Positions 24,085-35,454 of a stretch of DNA of 64,000 nucleotides are shown here, in pieces. The notes under the pieces are model-generated. The model ran no database searches, was not told the origin of the DNA, and saw nothing but the letters and a program-made list of their open reading frames with translations. The stretch spans positions 4,836,001-4,900,000 of the forward strand of contig OX597820.1 in the NCBI GenBank assembly GCA_951406725.2, written 5' to 3'. This DNA comes from Octopus vulgaris (Eukaryota). The position numbers were made by a program, and so were the translations under genes. Position 1 is the first letter of the stretch; each line of letters begins with the position of its first letter.

Positions 24085-24360
24085 TCACTTTAGTCAAACA
24101 TAAATCAATACTCCAGTCAATCACTCATCAATCCAGACAATCATTGATACCTTCAACCAATCATTCATCGATCCAGACGATCATTGATCACTCCAGCCAA
24201 TCACTCATCAATCCAATCTAACATTGATCAGTCGAACCAGTCATTGACTAATCCAGCCAATCGCTCCTCAATCCGGTCTAACATTGAACAGTCAAATCAA
24301 TCATTCTTTAGTCTTACCAAACACTGGTTACTCCTGTCTAACATTGATCAATGCAGCCAA
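24085..24360. repeat. Degenerate CAAT-rich minisatellite
   Basis: Recurring CAATCA(C/T)TCATC(A/G)ATCCAG and (A/T)CATTGA units. Confidence 0.55.
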
Positions 24361-24801
24361 TATCTTAACTGAAAAAGCTTTCTAGAATGTCAAATTGCTG
24401 TGAGGGTTCGAAAATATTTTGTCTTAGGTCCTTCCCCTCCAACTGTCAATGGATTTCTGGCTTTCACCCATGTGGCATGGGAACTTGTTAAATAGGCGAA
24501 GGGGGTAGCTTCAGCTATTTTGGGGGTGCAAAAGTCATTGTGTTTAGGGACTTTCTTCCAAAAGACCACACCATCAATATAGGGTATTAAACCAACTTGC
24601 CGATGCAATTATTGAAGGCTATCAAGACCAAATACCCAGGAAAACTGACGAAAGGGGTCTTCTTTCATTATGGGTGACTGACGCCCAATCTGTTTCCTAA
24701 AAAAGCGACCCCCCTCCCTCCCCCCAAAAAACACTTGGCTGTGAACCAGCATCGCAGTGACAATGACGTAATATCTGCTGTTGGTGGCTTTTTTAGACCA
24801 A

Positions 24802-24958
24802 ATGGATGAAAGCTTCTTCCTCAGTGGGATACAAGCACTGCAACATTGATGGAAGAAGTGTGTGGATCACAAGGGGGACGATGTTGGGAAATAAACCTCA
24901 TTTGGTCGCAAACCATGAAAGTATTTTGGTCAGTCTATCAACGTTTCAGCCGACCCTG
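24802..24958 (+). mobile_element. Mariner 3' terminal fragment
   Basis: DESFFLSGIQALQH*WKKCVDHKGDDVGK* followed by a TIR-like AACGTTTCAGCCGACCCT. Confidence 0.7.
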
Positions 24959-25134
24959 TTATATGTCCATACAATCTTGGTTGGAAATGTATAGATATGT
25001 CACTAGACAGAGTCAGCCTATCTTTATGAGGCTAACAAGACTTAGGTTCATTCGACAGTAAATACTACTGGTATGGGGTTAGCAAATCTTTTAATGAACA
25101 ATCCTTTTCTAACACACACACACATAATATATAT

Positions 25135-26387
25135 TAGGGGTTGCACAAAATATTGGAAACACCTAGCATCATAGCATCATAATTTTGAAATATCTACAAA
25201 ACCGTCAAAAGCTTGTTATTTTTGTTTTTTGATTTATTATTAGTGTTGCTTAATAGGTTTTGCTAAAATTGCTCTTTCTTTTCAGATATCATCAGAAAAA
25301 GGTAATTAAAATTCATAAAAATGACAGATCTATCGGACTTTCAAAGAGATCAAATTGTTGGTGGTCGTATGGCAGGCGCTAGCGTAACGAAACCATCCGA
25401 TATGTTTGGTGTATCAAGAAGTACTGTCTCGAAAGTAATGACAGCCTTTGAGAAAGAAGGAAAAACCTCTCGTCAAAACAAAACTCTGGAAAAAAACCAA
25501 AACTTTCAGATAGGGACCGTCGGACTCTTATGCAAATTGTTAGAAAGGATCACAAAAGAACAGCTCCCAAAATTACTGCAGAGCTTAATGACCACCCCGA
25601 GAACCCAGTTTCCAGAAAAATAGTTCGCCGGGTCCTGCACAAAGCCAGATTTCACGGGAGGGTGGCAATCAGAAAACCGCTACTTTCAAAAGCAAACGTT
25701 GCAAAGTGTTTAGAGTGGAGTAAACTCTACAGAATTGGTCCCTAGAGCAGTGGAAGAATGTTATTTTCTCGGACGAGTCATCCTTTACCTTATTTATGAC
25801 CACCGGCCGAGACAGCCAAAAGAAGCATTTGACCCAGACTGCCTTCTTCCAACTGTTAAACACGGAGGATCTGTGATAATCTGGGAGGCTATATCTTGGA
25901 AATTCGCCGACCCAATGGTTTCCTTTCATGGCAAAATTAATGGTCAAGACTATTCAAGCATTTTATCTGATCAAATTCATCCTGTGGGTGCGGAACTGTT
26001 CCCGGGGAAAAAGGCAATTTTTTAGGATGATAAAGCACCAATTCACACAGCTAAAGTTGTTACTGAATTGCACGAGGAACATTCTAGTGAAGTTGAACAT
26101 CTTATCTGGTCACCATATTCCCCAGATCTCAATATTACTGAACATTTATGGTGCATTTAAAAAAAAACAATTAAGGAGTCGATATCCTCCACCATCATCA
26201 CTGCAACAACTGGAGACTGTTTTAGATGAAGAATGGACAAAAATTCCTTTGGAAACAATTCAAACTTTGTACGAGTCCATACCTTGTAGAATTCAAGCTG
26301 TAATTACTGCCAAAGGCGGTCCTACTCCATATTAAAATAAATTTGTTTGAAATTTTATGGTGTTTCCATTATTTTGTCCAACCCCTA
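25135..26387 (+). mobile_element. Full-length Tc1-like transposon (1253 bp), DD36E spacing
   Basis: 29-bp TIRs TAGGGGTTGCACAAAATATTGGAAACACC / GGTGTTTCCATTATTTTGTCCAACCCCTA with 2 mismatches; TA at the right flank. Confidence 0.92.
25321..26335 (+). pseudogene. Tc1-type transposase pseudogene
   Basis: Paired-like HTH (MTDLSDFQR..GVSRSTVSKV), RKPLL, WKNVIFSDES, *DDKAPIH...WSPYSPDLNITEHLW; several frameshifts and stops. Confidence 0.9.
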
Positions 26388-26399
26388 TACATAGATATT

Positions 26400-26523
26400 G
26401 TGGTGTTTTATAGATTTTGTCCTATTCTTTTATAGATTTTGTCCTATCCTTTCCCTACAACTTTTGCTTATGATTTTTGAAATTTGAATAAATTTTACTT
26501 CTTTTCAGACCATGGCGTGCTAG

Positions 26524-26581
<58 letters not shown>

Positions 26582-27665
26582 GTGAGTGAGTAAGTGAGTG
26601 AGTGAGAGAGAGAGAGAAAGAGAGAGGGGGAGAGTATTGTCGACACCTGTGCCGCTTCGCTTTCATTCAAGCTTCCAATGTCGCCCGCGACATTTGTGTT
26701 GTGCACGGAGAAGGAACTATTAGCGAAAGAACTTCACAGAAATGCTTTTCACGCTTCAACGAGCTGAAATTCCACCACCACACAGACTGACCGCATTCCG
26801 GCCGATCCGTTCAGTTCAATGAGAATCGATTAAATCCATTCATCCACGATGAACCGTTCCAATACACCAAGGAATTGGCAAAGACGATGAGATGCTCTCA
26901 CGATGCAGTTGCTCGTCACATTCACTTGATGGGTGAAGGTCTCCAAACTAAGTGCGCGAGTGTCACGCTCTCTGAAACAAAGAGAAAACTCCAGCGTTCC
27001 TCAATCGTCCCCAGTTTGCTCGTTCGATACCTAACTATTATTCGTGGACGGAAACAGATGAAAAATGGTGTCTTTACATCTCTTTGAAGCAGAGAAAATG
27101 AATGGTTGAATCCGGACAAGCAAGTCACTCCTCGAACCAAGCCAGAGTTGGATAAACACAAGACAATGGTCTGCACTTGGTGGGACTGGGAAGGGCTGCT
27201 ACGAAATGCTTGAAAACAACCACACAGTCAATGCAGAATTTTACGATCAGCAAATGCACCGGTTCAACCAGAACATTTAGGTGAAGCGACCCGACCGGCG
27301 ACACTGCGTCGCACCCACTTCGCTAATTTGACCAAAAATGTTATTCGAGAACTCTGTTGGGAAGTTCTACCGCTCCCACAATATTTAATACGGCGCTTTC
27401 CACTTATTAGCTTTCTCGGTCGCTCTCCAGAAGTCTACGAGGGATTTTGTTCAACATGGACGATGTGGTTCGATAAATGTGGCTCGATAAATTCTCCGAG
27501 TCAAGACCCGTTGATTTCTACGACCAAGGCTTTAACAAACGTGTGGAACGTGGGAAGAAATCGTGAACAATGGAAGAGAGAATACAGTAATGACGGATTT
27601 GTTAAAATTGCCGATGATAAATAAGAATTAAAATGTATGAAAAGAAAAAATAAAAGGTAAAAGAA
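26400..27665 (+). mobile_element. Degenerate mariner element and transposase pseudogene
   Basis: ATG at 26512 interrupted by a compound microsatellite, then RHLCRFAF..ARDICVVHGEGTISERT (HTH_48-like), DEKWCLY and TMVCTWWDWEG motifs, with frameshifts. Confidence 0.8.
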
Positions 27666-27670
27666 TTATA

Positions 27671-27702
27671 GGCGCAGGAGTGGCTGTGTGGTAAGTAGCT
27701 TG
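27671..27702 (+). mobile_element. 5' part of an OR-type SINE split by the Tx1 insertion
   Basis: GGCGCAGGAGTGGCTGTGTGGTAAGTAGCTTG; the last 10 nt are the left TSD. Confidence 0.9.
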
Positions 27703-28099
27703 TCTAACCTCACTGACAGAAGAGTGACTTTGCTTACCGTACTACGGTTTGGACGCGTTTTCTTCCCGGTAAGAGTTTTGCTGTGTTGTTAATTGTTGAA
27801 TTCCTACTACTGAAAATTTGCCTTTAAACGTTGCTGAACTGTCTTGTTCTCCGGTTTTACCGGGAAATAATTGAATAATTTCTTACCGTTGAACTGTTAG
27901 CCATTGTGGCTTTTTATTTACGTGACTATATATAGTCCTGCCAGACTATTTTCGTGCCCCTCCCCCGAATGGGGGTGGGAATTGGAATTTTTGAACTGCT
28001 TTTTTTTAACTACTTTGGAAGAAAAACTTTCTATAGGTTTCCCAGTTTTGTGGGAAACCAATATTCGTAATTTTTGTGTTGTCTAATTTCAACAGAATA

Positions 28100-29047
28100 A
28101 TGTCTGTTGAAATTATTCACGAAAGTAGTGCTCTTGAGGAGAGCAATGTTAAAAAATTTTCTGCGGTAGCCGCAGTGGCTACCGAGAAAATTGACATCGA
28201 TGTCAACCAGCTCGTCGAGCTATTTAAAAAAATGCAAGAGGAGGGTGGTGATGTTAAAATATCACCCTCCGCCAGTATCGTGGAGACCGAGAAGCGGACC
28301 GTAGTGTTTAAAACTTTCTGTCCACAAAGCAGAAGGTTCAAACACTTTGAAAAAAGCACCATCGAGAAATGCCTGTCCCCGATTTGGAAGGACATCGTGT
28401 ACGTCGCCAGGGGACGGGCATATGGCACTGTGGATGTCCGCTTCTCGGACATCGAAGAAATGGCCCGCGGGCATTCTGTGAACCCCCTAAAAACCAAGGA
28501 GGTGGTACTTTTCCCAAGCTATAGGGGACGCAGGACGTCCCGGGTCAGGATTGTAGAAGCCCCGCCGGAAGTAGATCCGGTAAAGGTAGTGGCCGCCCTG
28601 TTATATAAAAGGGCGGACAAAATAAAAACAGACTGTGGAAGAGGAGCTACGGCGTATGCGGATGACACCTCCATCATCGTGGCAGACGAAGGCCAGCTTC
28701 CAGTGGTGGAAGAGGCCATCAAAAGCTACGAGGCGGTGGCAGGAACAAAGGTTAACAAGGACAAGTCAGTCGGTTTGCAACTCGGCACCTGGAGGGGCAA
28801 GCCGATGCCGTCCAATAACGTCGTAGGGCGTTGGACGGAAGGTCCTGTTAAGCTGCTCGGAGTCTGGTTCGGGCCAGACCTCCAGATTGAGAAAAATTGG
28901 AGTGAGGCGGCCAACAAGGTGACCGCTCTAACCCAGACCTGGTCTGGGCGGGCGTTATCCCTGCTAGGGAAGGCGGAGGTGGTGCAGATGTTTATAGCAT
29001 CAGTAATCACCTACCGTCTGACCGTGGTGCCTTGCCCCGATTTGTGA
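28100..29047 (+). CDS. In-frame ORF1 N-terminus / RT C-terminal half fusion ORF (315 aa) of the Tx1 element
   Basis: Open frame MSVEIIH...LLYKRADKIKT|DCGRGATAYADD...PCPDL*; junction near 28625-28632. Confidence 0.6.
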   Translation: MSVEIIHESSALEESNVKKFSAVAAVATEKIDIDVNQLVELFKKMQEEGGDVKISPSASIVETEKRTVVFKTFCPQSRRFKHFEKSTIEKCLSPIWKDIVYVARGRAYGTVDVRFSDIEEMARGHSVNPLKTKEVVLFPSYRGRRTSRVRIVEAPPEVDPVKVVAALLYKRADKIKTDCGRGATAYADDTSIIVADEGQLPVVEEAIKSYEAVAGTKVNKDKSVGLQLGTWRGKPMPSNNVVGRWTEGPVKLLGVWFGPDLQIEKNWSEAANKVTALTQTWSGRALSLLGKAEVVQMFIASVITYRLTVVPCPDL

Positions 29048-30006
29048 CTGAACAAGTTGGAGAGAATCCTTTTCCGATTTTTGTGGAAAGGAGGAAAGCC
29101 ACTTGTAAAGCGCTCTGTCTGCTGCCAGAAACCGCTAAAGGGTGGGCTAGGGATGCCTTGGCTGAGGATGCGAAAACTCGCGTTAAGGCTGAGGCACCTC
29201 TGGCTTTACCTGGATGGAGAGCAGGTGTGGTCGCCGCACGTCCGGTTCTACCTTCCCCAGTTAACATCCCTAACGGACATCGGTGCATGGATCAAGCGGA
29301 GATCTAAACTGAGTGAATGGCATTTGGAGTGCCGTCAGGCGCTCCAGCTACTATCTCGGGTGGGCAACGCCGGCAACAGGAGTTCCACCACGGATTTCTA
29401 TAGCGGGTTAGTGGAGATTAAGTCCGAAGACGCCTTGGGGAGACCCTGGGCTACGATGAAAATCAGTTGGTCAACCTGTTCCGGAGGACGTTCGGGCCGG
29501 GGTATCTGGATAATTACCAGAAATCCCTGGCCTGGCAGTGTTTCCGTGCGGCTTTACCTGTTCGCGACAAGCTGTCAAGGCACGGTAGTGCCGTCTCGCC
29601 GACATGCCCGCGATGTGAGCAGGATAGGGAGACCGTCTTGCACGCATTCGTGGAGTGTCCGAAGTTATCGGGACTGATAGCTTTTGTTGAACAACTGTTG
29701 TCAGTGATGGGAAGAGTACAGCTATCAGCTGAGTCTATCATCGAGATTGTGCCGCCCCCTTTCCTTAACAGGGAAAGAAAGGCTTGTTATTTCTGTGTAG
29801 TAGCCATACTGAAAGAAACAGTATGGAAGACGCGTACGAAAGGTATAGTGACAGACACCTTTGTCTCCGGCCAGGGGTTGATTAACTTTTTTAGTTACCA
29901 CCTCAGTAGCAAAATCAGGCTGGAGAAGAGGTGTCTGTCACGAGATATGTTTGTGAAAAGATGGAAGCCTGTGGCATACAAGATGGGTATGTTTGGCACC
30001 AGGTAA
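29048..30006 (+). pseudogene. Tx1 ORF2 C-terminal region
   Basis: Continues in frame after a single TGA (LNKLERILFRFLW...), has one frameshift near 29440, and ends ...MGMFGTR*. Confidence 0.85.
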
Positions 30007-30234
30007 GTGTGACCGGATCAGAAAGTAAAGGTTCTACCCGGATGGCTGGGTGTCCGTCCTTCGACATGATCATTAATATTTTTAAACATTGCCTTCGTAA
30101 AATTCATTGTTTATAATCTTATCCGTAATTTCATTCGAAAATTGTAACTGTGTTAAGCTACTTCACCCTTTATATTTGTCTGTCCTTGTTTGTCCCCTCT
30201 TTGTAAATGCCTAAATGGCAAATTATATGAAATA

Positions 30235-30600
30235 AAGTAGCTTGCTAACCAACCACATGGTTCCGGGTCCAGTCCACTGCGTGGCATCTTGGGCAAGTGT
30301 CTTCTGCTATAGCCCCGGGCCGACCAAAGCCTTGTGAGTGGATTTGGTAGACGGAAACCGAAAGAAGCCTGTCGTATATATATGTATGTGTGTATATGTT
30401 TGTGTGTCTGTGTTTGTCCCCCTAGCATTGCTTGACAACCGATGCTGGTGTGTTTACGTCCCCGTCACTTAGCGGTTCGGCAAAAGACACCGATAGAATA
30501 AGTACTGGGCTTACAAAGAATAAGTCCCGGGTCGATTTGCTCGACTAAAGGCGGTGCTCCAGCATGGCCGCAGTCAAATGACTGAAACAAGTAAAAGAGT
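30235..30600 (+). mobile_element. 3' part of the split OR-type SINE
   Basis: AAGTAGCTTGCTAACCAACCACATGG... through the tail; joins seamlessly with 27671-27702. Confidence 0.9.
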
Positions 30601-31267
30601 ATAGCTCGATGACATGCAACTCTTCGGTTTAGCTTCTTGGTTCGGCGTTTTTGTTTTTCTTTGTTATTTTGGCGGCTGACATTGAGAGACGAACCTTTCT
30701 GTTTGGAGTTAAAACTTTTGAACTTCATTTAAACAAAGTTTTTTTTCGTATAGTGATTACTTTATCTTACGTTTTTGTTGTTGATTTATTCATCCTTGAT
30801 ATTTTCAAAACCATTTCGTTTTGTTTGATTTCTATTGAAAAATTACTTCCATTTTGACCTGTTTCATTTTCTTTCCGTTCCTGTTTAAAAGAAACTAAAA
30901 CAAAATTGTGTGTAATGGCCACAACTAATGTGTGTGGGTGTACTTGCTGAGTTCGATTTTCAGTTCAGAATTTAATTCCGCTCCGTTTTGTTCGTCCTAA
31001 CCTCCATTACGTCTATGTCGTATGTTATTTCAATAATATATTTTATGTGTGATAATTACAATTAATGCACGAAATACCAGTTTTATTAAATGTACTTGGT
31101 TCCATATTATTGACACTCATTTCGTTTTCTTGTCCTGATTAGGTTTCATTTTGTTGACGTCATCGAATCTATTTCACAAATTATGTAAAGTCAGGTTCAA
31201 GCCCGTCTCTGATGTTATTCAATCCGAGAATCATTATTATTATCATCATCATTATTATTATTACAAC

Positions 31268-31470
31268 AGTGAACTAGCATAATCGTTAACGCAGCAGGCA
31301 AAATGTTTAGCAGAATTTCGTCCGTCTTTACGTTCTGAGTTCAAATCCTGCCGGGGTCGATTTTACCTTTGTCTTTTCGGGGTCGATAAAATAAAAGACC
31401 AGTTGGGGGTCGATGTAATCGACTTACCTCCTCCTCCGAAATTGCTGGCCTTGTGCATATTGTAGAGATG
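31268..31470 (+). mobile_element. Diverged Meta-like SINE, tail B
   Basis: GTTCTGAGTTCAAATCC...GGGGTCGAT...GGCCTTGTGC; follows an (ATT/ATC)n tract. Confidence 0.75.
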
Positions 31471-32249
31471 TTTATTATTACTTCTTTGATAGTTTCATAC
31501 GAGTTACTACTGCCCCACTTGGTGCACCTCCATGCTCTTGAGGTCTGTGCAGTATTTTTGCGGTGGGTTGCAGAAAGTATAAACCCCTCCTGACGATATA
31601 TTGCATTAATTTGTTTTGTTATGGGATTCAGTTCCCTGTTATATCAACTGATGATCTGTTTTGTGTGGCGTGTGTATTTTCTGTTGCGTTATTTTATGGG
31701 ACCTTAATTTTGTATAATATCGAGAGGTAATATTTACCCCCAATTCTGTCAGAACAAGCTATTCTGTGGTAGTTAGCTTGGGAGAAACTCTCACACTGGC
31801 TTAGCGCAAGAGTGCAGTTTGTACCAAAAACTAATATGAGGGTTTCTCTCATGGTAACTATCCCAGAATAGTTTATATCCACGATTAGGTCGGGTCAGAT
31901 ATTTCCTCTCGGTATTAAGACGGTCACTAATAAATTTTCTTGTATATTCTATGTAAATCGTGCCCCACTTTTTTCTTTTAGATAATTAGGTGCTTATACT
32001 ACAGGGTATTGACTGTGCGTGGCAATTGTTCTGCTTGATCATTTCTATTGGATTGACTGTGTCTTGCGCAAGATGTGGCTGCTCCTTGCAGAGTTATTTT
32101 TCGACAGCCGTGTAATGTTGGGAGCCCTAATAATATATTCCTTTTTACATTTCTTTTTGTTTGTATTCAAACCTAACGCTCCAGTGACTCTTGGTATTTT
32201 GTTTTCACCTTCGTACTTCACATCTTGATTAATATTATTATTATTATTG

Positions 32250-32705
32250 AGTGAGCGAGCAGAGCATGCCATCAAAGTGACACTGGAGTACAAATATACG
32301 AAGCCCAATATACCCATCATGACTACCCATCTGATAAGGGAACACCGGGTACATGCATCACGACCACATGTGCGAGACATGGTGATCTCATATCAAGATA
32401 AACAGCGCATGACCTTGCAGGTGGGGGCCTAGTTAGGATTTTCTTCTGGTCGAGTAGCCCATCCCACTCAAGAGGTCCCTGAATAAGATTTGTTTTAAGA
32501 ATGATGAACAAAACACCCATGTTTCCAGAGGTGAATTATTCAAACCCCAAAGAATTCCCCTCAACACATGGCTATGATGCTCTCCCACTATATCTGCTCG
32601 TGATCAGAGATGTACATATCGTCAGCCTCTAAGGGACATGCTCAACTGGTTATGGTCAAACAACTGAGAAGCAAATCTGTGGTATTGAGCAGAATATTTG
32701 CTCGG
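32250..32705. repeat. Unclassified interspersed repeat (copy 2), abutting (ATT)n
   Basis: Homologous to 12250-12530 over about 275 bp; may be a retroelement 3' end with an (AAT)n tail on the minus strand. Confidence 0.75.
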
Positions 32706-33971
32706 ACAAAATGTTTATCACAAAGTTCTGTCATCTGATTTCTGGCGAGTCGTTTCAAGCAAAAGTAATCAGAAAATTTCTTCACTCATGTTGAGCGTAG
32801 AAATTACATTTTGAAGAATATTTTACCTGACATGTTACACAAAATAGGCGGGAAGCATAAACAAAACCCTTGGCAGGTGCACGGAGACACACAAAAACAA
32901 AATAATGTGGTGGTGAGGCTAGGGTGACAAAAATGTTTTGAAAGAAAATTATATTTCTGTAGTTTTTATATAAGAGAGCAAATTTGATAACTTGCTGAGC
33001 AACAGCAAACCTTAATACACAATGTTTTGAAAACGTTGCGCGAATAACGTTAAATCCGTGACAAATTTCAATCAGAAAGATTTGTGGTAGGGAGGTGGGG
33101 TCATGAAGAGCTCTTTCTTTGCTTGAGGAATTTGTCCAAATTTGGCCGTCTCAGCTTCGCAAAGGGCTGAACCTTTCGCAGCCTCTGAAGACAAATTGAA
33201 AGAGAATCCGAACATTTGAGACGGAATCCTTTATTATCAAACTTGCTTCTGGATTCTCAGAATTTTAAGGCTGTGACACCCAAACTGGGAGTTTGTTAAA
33301 AATTGTATTTTGTTCATTAGTAGTTACTATGATAATAACTATCTTTGCTATTGTTTAGCCTCAAGTCTGTACGAGTCTACAAGCCTATGATCAAGAGCAA
33401 TCCAATCGTGACTGTCTTGTTTTTTAATTCTTGCCTCTGTACTACTAACAACATTATTCTATACGTCATTTTCTTAAATCAGAAGGTTTGTTCGATGGAG
33501 CTTTGACTGCTATTTCTAGTAGGTAAAGCAATGAGCTAGAGAGGCTCGGCCGTGGTCTGCTCTTCTAATTGCTGTCATCACCCACGCTCTTCCTTCTTAC
33601 GTCGTGCCTCTCTCCTTCCACCTCTTACTGTACAACACAACACAACCAGTAATCTCATTCATAGTTGACACAACGATTAATAACTGTCCTGTAAATTATC
33701 TTCGGGAGTGGCTCCCTCCTCCGCTTGGTTGACATGCGTAAGCCAGTCACACTCATTCATACATATGCACATACAGAAATGCACGCATATACATGTATAT
33801 ATATATATATACAGCTGTTTACACACAAGGCTATACATACGCCTATACTCATTCAGAGCGAGCGTGTGTGGATGTATGCAAATTTACACATGTATACGCA
33901 CAATGTAAATGTACAAACATATGCATATGTCTATACACACACAAAGTCACATCACCTACACATAAATCTAT

Positions 33972-34036
<65 letters not shown>

Positions 34037-34214
34037 CGCGTGCGTGTGTGTGTGTTGGCATGTGTGACTGTTTATGATTTACCTCGACTGTCGCGGGTGT
34101 TAAGTTCCGAAACCCCCGGCGATAGGTCTAAAATCCGCGAAGTAAACACAGTACTGTATTGTATAATTTTTTTTTTTTATTTTTATAGTTTGTATATATT
34201 TATTTTATTATAAA

Positions 34215-34587
34215 CTAGCACTATGACCCGGCAACGCCCGGTCATAGTGCTAGTGCATGCATATACAGCTGCGTGCGTGCGCACATACACGCGAGTACTG
34301 TCCAAATCTCCGACCAATCACATACAGCTAGCTGGCATTCAATTAGCGTATCAAGTTTCGGGCATTTTGATTGGGTTTTGGATAGAAAATTCACAAAAAG
34401 TCGCTTCTGTTGATCTTTTAATGGCTTTGCGGGGTGACTGGGGAAATGTAAAGATGTGCACGACCACCCTTGGACGGTTTTGAATGACCATAGAAAGAGC
34501 GAGCCCTCTAACTGAAAAATTGTGGATTTGTATTAAGGACACACACACAGATAGATAGACAGACATTTTGCCGTTTAAATATTTAGA
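34215..34587 (-). mobile_element. Non-autonomous Helitron-like element (copy 1)
   Basis: Minus strand: 5' TC-TAAATA...(CTGT/CTAT)n, 3' hairpin then CTAG|T. Confidence 0.65.
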
Positions 34588-34773
34588 AATGCAAAACAAC
34601 TCTACGGATGAATCGATATCAGCTCAAATGATAAACCGCGATAGGTGAACCGTGATATGGCAAGGGATTACTGTATCTCTGTAGTCTTTTCTGGAAAGTC
34701 ATTGACTCCTACTACTACTACTACTACCACTAATACTGCTATTCCCACCACCTCACACACACACCACACACAC

Positions 34774-34965
34774 TCCGTCCGGGTTGCGGATCCGTGGAAT
34801 AAGCTGCCAGACGAGATGGTGAAGATGCTGACGACCGCTCGGTTCAAAGTCTCCCTTGAACTCAAGTGTTTACATGAACACCACCCTGTACATAACTCCA
34901 TGTCCCCCTACATGGCCTTGCTTTTTGCTTTTTGAGCCAAAAAATTAACTAACTAACTAACTAAC
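34774..34965 (+). mobile_element. Short 3' fragment of the same CR1 family as 9490-10135
   Basis: CGGGTTGCGGATCCGTGGAA...CCATGTCCCCCTACATGG...(TAAC)n. Confidence 0.92.
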
Positions 34966-35148
34966 ACCACCTCCAACAACCACTCAGTGATGAGGTGGGA
35001 CTATGCAGCTATGAATTTTTTTTTAGAAAAGTTGAAATTTAGTAATGCAAACAGCGCATGTGCATGTCTGTGTATACATATATGCGTACATACATATGTA
35101 CATACATACGTACATACATACATACATACAGATTATGTGTACATTATA

Positions 35149-35381
35149 TTGCGTTGGTGCATAATTATTGCGGCTTTTTTTTTCAACAAATTTTATTCAG
35201 CAAAAACAATGTTTAACAAAAGCGTCTTTAAATGATGGTCTGACCGTCTGCCAAGCAAATTGGAAGCAGTAATTGAAGTGGATGGTGAATACGCTCCAGA
35301 ATAATCATTTAAAGATGGTTTTGTTACATGTTGTTATTGTTTTTGTTGAAAAAAAGCCACAATAATTATGCACCAACCCAA
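35149..35381 (+). mobile_element. Mariner-derived MITE (233 bp)
   Basis: 33-bp TIRs TTG(C/G)GTTGGTGCATAATTATTG(C/T)GGCTTTTTTT, TA on both sides, internal remnant RLPSKLEAVIEVDGEYAPE*. Confidence 0.88.
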
Positions 35382-35454
35382 TATATACACACGTACATGC
35401 ATACACACACATAGATACATAGGTAAAAAAGATCTATATATATATATATATATA

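Larger units (their letters stand above)
27703..30234 (+). mobile_element. Internally deleted Tx1-clade non-LTR retrotransposon
   Basis: TSD AAGTAGCTTG at 27693-27702 and 30235-30244. About 400-nt 5' UTR, ORF1-like start, RT motifs YADD (28655-28666), VKLLGVWFG, GGLGMP, and zf-RVT CPRC...ETVLHAFVECP. 3' UTR ends GAAATA. Confidence 0.9.
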
